From Salmonella phage SenALZ1, in sequence record MZ375357.1: a stretch of 32,000 bases of DNA; one strand, given 5' to 3'. This document shows positions 25,653 through 32,000 of the stretch, piece by piece (position 1 is the stretch's first letter; the number at the start of each line of letters is the position of its first letter). Both the position numbers and the translations under genes were made by a program. Below the pieces are notes generated by a model, which worked only from the letters and a program-made list of their open reading frames with translations, searched no databases and had not been told where the DNA came from.

Positions 25653-26156
25653 ATGAAATCCATGATTAAACGTAAAGTCGATATATCTCTGAACGCCCAC
25701 ATAGAAATGGTTCAACAAGTTGTGTTGGACGCATATGAAATTCAAAAAGATCGTCGAATCCGCCATGATCTTGATCCCACCGACCGTGGGAACATGCTCT
25801 ACTATCGAATGCTTCGTCAGACTGGTCACACTGCGGTTTTAAAGAAACTCCTTTCTGAAAAATTTCAAAATGAAAATGGAGTTAATATATTCGGCGTCTT
25901 TCATACTGCTCGTGAACGTGATACGTTTTTCACTCAACCGAGAAACATAACCACAGGAGAATGGTATGAAAAATTTGATAGAAAAGAGAAAACGGCAACC
26001 ATAACCCAATTTATGGGCAGTAAGATCGATAAAGCTGATATTATTGTGTTCTCCGATACATTACATGACGCTAAACGCCTTTCAGTTGCTCATAAAATGT
26101 TACAGGATAATCGTATCTGCTTCACAAATTTGACTTTAGTAGTGTTTCTGGGCTAG
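25653..26156 (+). CDS. Hypothetical protein
   Basis: MKSMIKRKVDISLNAHIEMVQQVVLDAYEIQKDRR...; internal start chosen because the track start at 25365 overlaps another CDS and a terminator. Confidence 0.6.
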   Translation: MKSMIKRKVDISLNAHIEMVQQVVLDAYEIQKDRRIRHDLDPTDRGNMLYYRMLRQTGHTAVLKKLLSEKFQNENGVNIFGVFHTARERDTFFTQPRNITTGEWYEKFDRKEKTATITQFMGSKIDKADIIVFSDTLHDAKRLSVAHKMLQDNRICFTNLTLVVFLG

Positions 26157-26203
26157 ATATCTGTGTGGGGAGAGAACTCCCCATTTTGAATCGGAGGTGA
26201 TTT

Positions 26204-26395
26204 ATGTTACGTTGCAAGAGAGGTTCCAACTCCTTTAAGTTGGGTATGCTGACTGGAGTAACGTTCATGATTGCTTTAGACAGCCTTGTGGGACTGCTTT
26301 CCCTTCCTGATTTTAGGATGGAACGATTCATATTGTTAGTTCTATTTGGCGGCGTCTCGGTTATTAGTGCTTTGAAAGCGTACAAAAAGATCTGA
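26204..26395 (+). CDS. Small membrane protein
   Basis: 63 aa with GGAGG Shine-Dalgarno and one or two hydrophobic segments. Confidence 0.55.
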   Translation: MLRCKRGSNSFKLGMLTGVTFMIALDSLVGLLSLPDFRMERFILLVLFGGVSVISALKAYKKI

Positions 26396-26421
26396 TTTAA
26401 CTTACACACAGCAATTTTGAT

Positions 26422-26922
26422 TTGAGACCCTATATCATGCTCCCATTACTCAATGTTCCAAAAGAACGTATGACGCCGGATAGTGAAGGCAAGACCCATT
26501 ACAACATATACAGTCGAAGCCGCACAGAACTAGGCAGATTCCTTTCCCATTTTGCATACCATCCCATGGATACTGTTGATGGTAATTTCAATTCGTTAGA
26601 AGGCTACTGGTATTGGCTAAAATATCGCCACGACGACTTGCGTAGTCTTTATGGGAACGACGCCAAGCAATTTGGACAAACCCTGGCCAAGTCACGCATC
26701 GTTGTATTGTCCCCTGATGATCCCAAATTTAAACGAGACATTATCGCAGCGACGAGTCAAAAATTGCTGACAATGCCATCCAAGTTGAGATTCCAATTGG
26801 CCCACAGCCGTCTTCCCCTGATTCACGCTTATGAACATCAGGGGAAATACAGTTTTCAAAACTCTATGGATTTTATCATACAGCATATTAACCGCTTCCG
26901 TCTAGAAGGATATTTGAAATGA
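26422..26922 (+). CDS. NADAR/YbiA-like protein (start may be MLPLLNV...)
   Basis: YNIYSRSRTELGRFLSHFAYHPMDTVDGNFNSLEGYWYWLKYRHDD...GNDAKQFGQTL follows the NADAR pattern (S-R-x-x-L-G...L-S-x-F...F-x-S-x-E-x-Y-W...K...A). Confidence 0.55.
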   Translation: MRPYIMLPLLNVPKERMTPDSEGKTHYNIYSRSRTELGRFLSHFAYHPMDTVDGNFNSLEGYWYWLKYRHDDLRSLYGNDAKQFGQTLAKSRIVVLSPDDPKFKRDIIAATSQKLLTMPSKLRFQLAHSRLPLIHAYEHQGKYSFQNSMDFIIQHINRFRLEGYLK

Positions 26923-27497
26923 ATTTTCTAAAAACTATCTTCAACACATCATATGAACTCAGCCAGCGCGATCCTAATCGTTCTCCTGTGTTTGTATATT
27001 GCAAACTCGTGGAAGAGTCTTGTGAACTATCAGATGTGCTTTATGGAATCGCTGCATCCGAACCCCTGAACGGTGAAGTGGCGGACGTTATCATCTCGGC
27101 TCTGGATCTATTATATGTTGTGGATTATCAACAAGTTCAACAACATGGGTCTATGTCCAAAGAAGAAATCTTTGACTCCATGGTGTTTGCTTTGGCTACG
27201 GCCAATCACACAACTGATCTCAGCCAACATACGTTGGAAGATTATTGGTTCTGTAGTGGTGTTGAAACTATAGACAAATATCTTGCGATGGTTAATCATT
27301 ACAAAGGCCGCATCACTCGTTTACTGAACCAACCTCAACGTTCAGAAGATAATATGGTGGACCTGGTTTCAAATCTGATACGCAATACTGCCAAATTGGC
27401 GTGTGGGTATAATCAAAACCATATCAACACGATCGTTAAAGTGGAACATGCCATAGAACACAAAGTGGAAAAATGGCGCACTAAATTTGGTCTATAA
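26919..27497 (+). CDS. MazG-like nucleotide pyrophosphohydrolase
   Basis: KLVEESCELSDVLYG...GEVADVIISALDLLY fits the all-alpha NTP pyrophosphatase EExxE...ExxD pattern. Confidence 0.6.
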   Translation: MNFLKTIFNTSYELSQRDPNRSPVFVYCKLVEESCELSDVLYGIAASEPLNGEVADVIISALDLLYVVDYQQVQQHGSMSKEEIFDSMVFALATANHTTDLSQHTLEDYWFCSGVETIDKYLAMVNHYKGRITRLLNQPQRSEDNMVDLVSNLIRNTAKLACGYNQNHINTIVKVEHAIEHKVEKWRTKFGL

Positions 27498-27546
27498 GCC
27501 AACCCCATACATAATCTTGTGTGTTTACCATTGACGGGATAGGCCG

Positions 27547-29460
27547 ATGTCCAACAAAATTGATATTGAACGCAAATACAAAAAGCTCACTCACATAGAG
27601 CATATCCTACTTCGCCCAGAGCGTCATCTGGGCAGTATCCGTTCGTCTGTGGGGACGGTGTGGGTGTATGACCCAACCAAAGACAAAGTCATCTTCCGTG
27701 ACAACTTTGAGTACTCCCCTGCGCTGATCAAACAGTTTGATGAAATCATCACCAACTGTGTTGACCACAGCAAGACCCCTGAGGGTAAAGGCTTGACGGA
27801 AATCACCGTCACGGTCTCCCCTATGAACGGTCAAATCATCGTTTCCGACAACGGGGGTATCCCTGTGGTCAAGCATGGCGTCACCAATGAGTGGCTCCCT
27901 GAGATGTTGTTTGGCTCGCTCTATGCGGGCAGCAACTTCAACGATGAGGACGAGGAGTACAACAACCAGAAGTCCGGCGGCCAGAACGGTGAAGGGGCTT
28001 CGCTCGTCAACGTGTTCTCAAAGTGGTTCCGCGTTGCTACCAGTGACGGCAAGAAGTCTTATACTCAGCTGTTTGAAGACAACATGAGCAAGAAGTCCAA
28101 TCCGGTCATCGGCAATACACCGAAAGAGTTCGGCACCACTATTGCCTGGATCCCTGATTATGCGCGCCTGGGTGTTAAGGGGCTTGACCAGAACAACCTG
28201 CTCATGATTTACCGTCGTGCATTCGAAGTGGCGGCATGCAACCCGCGCCTGAAGGTTGTTCTCAACGGCAAGCAAATCCGCATTGATCGATTTGGTCATT
28301 TCGTTGATTACTTCTACGCTGGCTCGGCTGTTGATGAAACGGATGATTGGTCTGTTGCTATCACTCCCTCATCTGGTGTGTTCATGCATGCGTCATACGT
28401 GAACTCAATCGCCACGCACATCGGTGGACCTCACGTTGATTATGTTGCTGACCAGATCGTGGCGGCGATACGCCCTCAGCTGGTTAAGAAGTTCAAGACC
28501 GAACTGAAGCCAGCGATGATCAAGAACCACATGTCATTGTTCATCGCCGCCGACATCAACAACCCTCGCTTTGACAGCCAGACCAAGGAGCGCATGACGA
28601 CTCCTGTGAGCCAGTTTGGTACGTCCTACAAGCCCAGCGATAAACTGATTCGCAAGGCGCTTGAGTTCGTGACAGCAGGGCTGAGTAAAGAACTGGCTTC
28701 ATTACGCAATGAACAAGAAGATGCCGAATTTGAAAAGGCGAAGAAGGATATCAGCAAACGGGATTATCGTGAGATTGAGAAGTATTATCCGGCGACCGCC
28801 AGAGGCGACCGCAGTGGGTGTTCGCTGCTACTGACAGAAGGTGATAGCGCATCCAACCCTATCCTGAACGCTCGTGATACCAAGAAAATTGGTTTGTTCC
28901 CGCTTCGTGGTAAGTTCATCAACTGCTTGAACGCCCCGCGCTCAAAAGTGATGGCGAACGAAGAATTCAAGAATTTATGCACCATTCACGGCGGTGCTGT
29001 GCCAGGCCAGCCGCTTGATATCAGTCGCTATCCACAGACCGTCGTGGCAACAGACGCGGATGACGACGGCATTCACATCCGTGGGTTGTTAATAACTCTG
29101 TATTGTACGTTCTGGCCTGAATACGTTCGTCAGGGTAGGCTGAAGCTCCTTCGTACCCCATACATGCGCGTGTGGTGTGGTAATATAATGCATGAATTCA
29201 TGAACAATGCCGAATATGAGGAGTTCCTGAAGACACCTGACGCCAAGAAGATCACGAAGAAGAAATATCTGAAAGGTCTTGGCGGTAACAGCACTGAAGA
29301 CTTCAAGCGTATTCTAAACAACCTGGATGCGTATACTACGACGGTCACGCTGGACGATGGATACAAGCAGTCACTGAAGAATGGTTTCGGTGATGAGGCT
29401 GCTGATTACCGCAAAACCTGGTTTAGCGATGTTTGCCTATTTGAAACCGAGGATGAATAA
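27547..29460 (+). CDS. DNA topoisomerase II ATPase/TOPRIM subunit (T4 gp39+gp60 equivalent, unsplit)
   Basis: DQFDEIITNCVDHS, VSDNGGIPV, SGGQNGEGASLVNVFS, LLTEGDSASNPIL, GLFPLRGKFINC and ATDADDDGIHIRGLLI. Confidence 0.93.
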   Translation: MSNKIDIERKYKKLTHIEHILLRPERHLGSIRSSVGTVWVYDPTKDKVIFRDNFEYSPALIKQFDEIITNCVDHSKTPEGKGLTEITVTVSPMNGQIIVSDNGGIPVVKHGVTNEWLPEMLFGSLYAGSNFNDEDEEYNNQKSGGQNGEGASLVNVFSKWFRVATSDGKKSYTQLFEDNMSKKSNPVIGNTPKEFGTTIAWIPDYARLGVKGLDQNNLLMIYRRAFEVAACNPRLKVVLNGKQIRIDRFGHFVDYFYAGSAVDETDDWSVAITPSSGVFMHASYVNSIATHIGGPHVDYVADQIVAAIRPQLVKKFKTELKPAMIKNHMSLFIAADINNPRFDSQTKERMTTPVSQFGTSYKPSDKLIRKALEFVTAGLSKELASLRNEQEDAEFEKAKKDISKRDYREIEKYYPATARGDRSGCSLLLTEGDSASNPILNARDTKKIGLFPLRGKFINCLNAPRSKVMANEEFKNLCTIHGGAVPGQPLDISRYPQTVVATDADDDGIHIRGLLITLYCTFWPEYVRQGRLKLLRTPYMRVWCGNIMHEFMNNAEYEEFLKTPDAKKITKKKYLKGLGGNSTEDFKRILNNLDAYTTTVTLDDGYKQSLKNGFGDEAADYRKTWFSDVCLFETEDE

Positions 29461-29461
29461 G

Positions 29462-30793
29462 ATGGTTGCCAAGAGCATTACTGTAACGGACTTTGTCAAC
29501 ACTGACCACAAGGAGTTTTCCGTGGTTAACAGCATCCGTCAAATCCCTCAGCTGATTGACAGCCTGAAGCCAAGCCAGCGCAAGATCCTCTTCGCTGCTC
29601 TTGAATACAACAAGGAGGAGATTGTTGACCGCCTTGGCATGTTCGCCGCTGCTCGCACGAATTACAAATCCGGTGGTGAGAACATGAGCGGTACGATCGT
29701 GAACATGGCTCAGGGGTTCCCAGGTACGAATAACATCCCATACTTTGACCGCGACGGACAGTTTGGTTCAATCATGGGGCGCGAAGCGTCTTCCGCTCGT
29801 TATATTTCAGTGGCAGTGTCTGAAGTTATCCGTAAAATCTTCCGAAAGGAGGACGATGGGATATTGGAATACAATTATCTTGGGGAAGAGAAACTGGAGC
29901 CGAAATTCTTTTTACCCATCCTGCCCATGTTTCTCGTGAATGGTATAAATGGTATCGGCTCGGGTTATGCCACCGACACCCCATGTCACTGCGTTAAGTC
30001 CGTGCTCAGTGCCCTGAGAGCACTTCTCCGTGGCGAAGACCCGAAGGACTTAAAACCGTACTGGAATGGTTTCAAAGGAGAGACAGGCTATACTGAGGAA
30101 GGAAGAGCATACAGTCGTGGTTTGTTCACCCGCGTTAATGCAACCACTTTGAACATCACCGAGGTTCCTATTGGTTGGTTCTCTAAAACCTATGAGACCA
30201 AAGTGCTGTTGCCCCTGTACAAGGCGGGTGTCCTCACTGAGTACGCCAACGATACGACCGAAGATGGTTGGGATATTACTGTTGTATTCAAGCGGGGTGA
30301 ATTGTCTAAGTTGAATGACGAACAGGTTGAACAGATGTTCCGTCTCTACTCAGCTAATAAGCCCGTGTGGACAGCTTGGGATGAAGATGGTGTTATTCAC
30401 CGTTACGATGGTTGGAAAGACATGTTGCTTCCATTTTTCAATTATCGCCTGAGTCGCTATGAAGATAGACGTCAGTATCTTATCAAGGAATTGACCGACA
30501 AAATACACCGTTTGAACAATCGTGCCATATTCATTGGGTGGGCTGTCGTTACAGATATGCGCCGGAGCCTCACGGAACTGAAAGCGTTATTCCAGACAGA
30601 CTATCCTGATTTTGATGGTGATCTCGATGATTTATTCAAGATGTCTTTATCATCAATTACACTAGATGCCCGTGAACGTTTGTTGAACCAGATAAAGAAT
30701 TTAGAAGTTCAACGAGAAGAATTAAATAATAAGCAAGACATCGATCTTTATACTGAAGATTTAGATGATCTTGAAAAGGCATTGGGCCTATAA
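29462..30793 (+). CDS. DNA topoisomerase II cleavage/ligation subunit (T4 gp52-like)
   Basis: SIRQIPQLIDSLKPSQRKILFAAL..., DGQFGSIMGREASSARYISVAVSE (catalytic Tyr context) and PMFLVNGINGIGSGYATDTPCH. Start 29462 (MVAKSITVTDF). Confidence 0.93.
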   Translation: MVAKSITVTDFVNTDHKEFSVVNSIRQIPQLIDSLKPSQRKILFAALEYNKEEIVDRLGMFAAARTNYKSGGENMSGTIVNMAQGFPGTNNIPYFDRDGQFGSIMGREASSARYISVAVSEVIRKIFRKEDDGILEYNYLGEEKLEPKFFLPILPMFLVNGINGIGSGYATDTPCHCVKSVLSALRALLRGEDPKDLKPYWNGFKGETGYTEEGRAYSRGLFTRVNATTLNITEVPIGWFSKTYETKVLLPLYKAGVLTEYANDTTEDGWDITVVFKRGELSKLNDEQVEQMFRLYSANKPVWTAWDEDGVIHRYDGWKDMLLPFFNYRLSRYEDRRQYLIKELTDKIHRLNNRAIFIGWAVVTDMRRSLTELKALFQTDYPDFDGDLDDLFKMSLSSITLDARERLLNQIKNLEVQREELNNKQDIDLYTEDLDDLEKALGL

Positions 30794-30835
30794 ATCTGGA
30801 GGGTGAATTCCCTCCAAACAAGCGAGGGGTTCACC

Positions 30836-31114
30836 ATGTTTGTATATTTCCGCAGTCTCTCATTGCTGGCTTTCTTCTATTGGTTGTTCGATATCTTATG
30901 CCCTCGTTTTATTAAAGAGGAAGTTGCTTTTGTCAATCATGAAGGTCAACAAGATTTATGGATACCTCTTTGCGCTCTTTCTGATGTAACCGAATCGGAT
31001 GAAGTGGGTATGGTTGGCACCATGCGTTCATTTAATTTATTTGGATTCGCATTATTCCCTAAGTTAATTGGAGAATTACACCCATACAATCCTGATGAAG
31101 AAGTGGAGGCGTGA
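30836..31114 (+). CDS. Hypothetical membrane-associated protein
   Basis: ATG 30836 follows GAGGGG; the track start 30803 is a GTG inside a hairpin. Confidence 0.55.
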   Translation: MFVYFRSLSLLAFFYWLFDILCPRFIKEEVAFVNHEGQQDLWIPLCALSDVTESDEVGMVGTMRSFNLFGFALFPKLIGELHPYNPDEEVEA

Positions 31115-31115
31115 T

Positions 31116-31427
31116 ATGTCAAAATTATTGACTCCAAAATTATTATCAATGGGTGGTTCCATATATTTTCATTGTCCTGGATGTAATATGCTTCATCCTT
31201 ATCGCATTTCAGGGCAAATGCCTGGCCCAATATGGCAATGGAATCACGATCTCGAATCACCGACTTTCACTCCTAGTCTGTTGGTGAATCATTCTGATCC
31301 AAATAACCGTTGCCATTTATTTTTGACAGATGGTAAATTACAATTCCTCGGAGATTGTTTCCACGAATTAAAGAATCAAACCGTGGAGATGGTCGATATT
31401 CCTGAACCTGAAATATGGATAGATTAG
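31116..31427 (+). CDS. DUF6527-like small protein (putative metal-binding)
   Basis: YFHCPGCNMLHPYRI...WQWNHDLESPTFTPSLLVN...CHLFLTDGKLQFLGDCFHELKNQTV. Confidence 0.6.
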   Translation: MSKLLTPKLLSMGGSIYFHCPGCNMLHPYRISGQMPGPIWQWNHDLESPTFTPSLLVNHSDPNNRCHLFLTDGKLQFLGDCFHELKNQTVEMVDIPEPEIWID

Positions 31428-31430
31428 ATT

Positions 31431-31844
31431 ATGAAATTACTTGGATATTTTCGTTCTTTGCCTACTGGATCTCCTAATGGGTGTCAATTATACTCTGAAG
31501 TGAAAGGGGACGTGGACGACACTCACATCGCCTTGTATGCTCGTGATATACCTGACCCTACCAAGTTTGATCGGCGTGTTGTGGCTGCTGCCAACAAATA
31601 TGGTGATGTGATCGTTGTAAGCGCCCGACATCACGACAAATTGATGAACACGCAACTCAAACGATTGAAGGAAGCAGGTATTATCGAAACCACCCACACT
31701 CGTGAACAAGGGTTTATTGATAACTATGGGCAATGGATGTCCCGTGAAGAGGCCGCTGTGGTCGCCCGTGAAGCCGGACAAACTAATCAGGTCCGTTTGA
31801 AGAACACTCCTTTCAAAAAACTCTTTTCCGAAGACCTCTATTGA
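31431..31844 (+). CDS. Hypothetical protein of a type common in phages
   Basis: QGFIDNYGQWMSREEAAVVAREAGQTNQ...LFSEDLY. Confidence 0.65.
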   Translation: MKLLGYFRSLPTGSPNGCQLYSEVKGDVDDTHIALYARDIPDPTKFDRRVVAAANKYGDVIVVSARHHDKLMNTQLKRLKEAGIIETTHTREQGFIDNYGQWMSREEAAVVAREAGQTNQVRLKNTPFKKLFSEDLY

Positions 31845-31893
31845 ATAAATTGGCGGTATAATTGCCGCCTAACCCCATAATGAGACAAATAAC

Positions 31894-32000
31894 ATGGCAA
31901 ATGAAATTGGTGATATTGCCCAGTTCCGTGCTATTTCACGCCGCCTGAAATCGTATGGACTCGTCATCGAAGAAATAGATGAAGATGTTCAGGGTGTATT
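31894..32000 (+). CDS. Start of an unknown CDS (truncated at window edge)
   Basis: MANEIGDIAQFRAISRRLKSYGLVIEEIDEDVQGV..., frame open to the end. Confidence 0.55.
   Translation, partial: MANEIGDIAQFRAISRRLKSYGLVIEEIDEDVQGV

Overview
The window looks like the early/middle region of a large T4-related myovirus. It has a family-B DNA polymerase, rIIA/rIIB homologues, a type II topoisomerase pair (T4 gp39/60-like and gp52-like), MazG-like and HAD enzymes, and, on the opposite strand at the left edge, a truncated T4 gp6-like baseplate wedge gene that the ORF track misses. The enzyme set (candidate 5-hmdU-type kinase, candidate amino acid:DNA transferase, fold-type-II PLP enzyme) would fit a ViI/Ackermannviridae-like phage with hypermodified thymidine, but this is inference. 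The most unusual part is the ~3.5 kb RNA island at ~2.5-6.04 kb. It has five canonical tRNAs (Ile2-CAU, Trp, Asn, Tyr, Ser), a tmRNA-like sequence encoding the tag ANDNTFLAVA*, several non-canonical RNAs bounded by tRNA-like acceptor stems and/or T-arms (some with encoded CCA), and more than 1 kb of heavily structured non-coding sequence with perfect 13-18 bp long-range helices. Other observations: a small ADP-ribosyltransferase-like protein and a second small protein whose N-termini resemble the T4 internal-protein capsid-targeting peptide; a NADAR-like protein; a shared VSLLxLL-type peptide at or near the C-termini of the polymerase and the candidate modification enzymes; and hairpins that overlap Shine-Dalgarno sequences. 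All assignments come from reading the sequence; no database search was possible.
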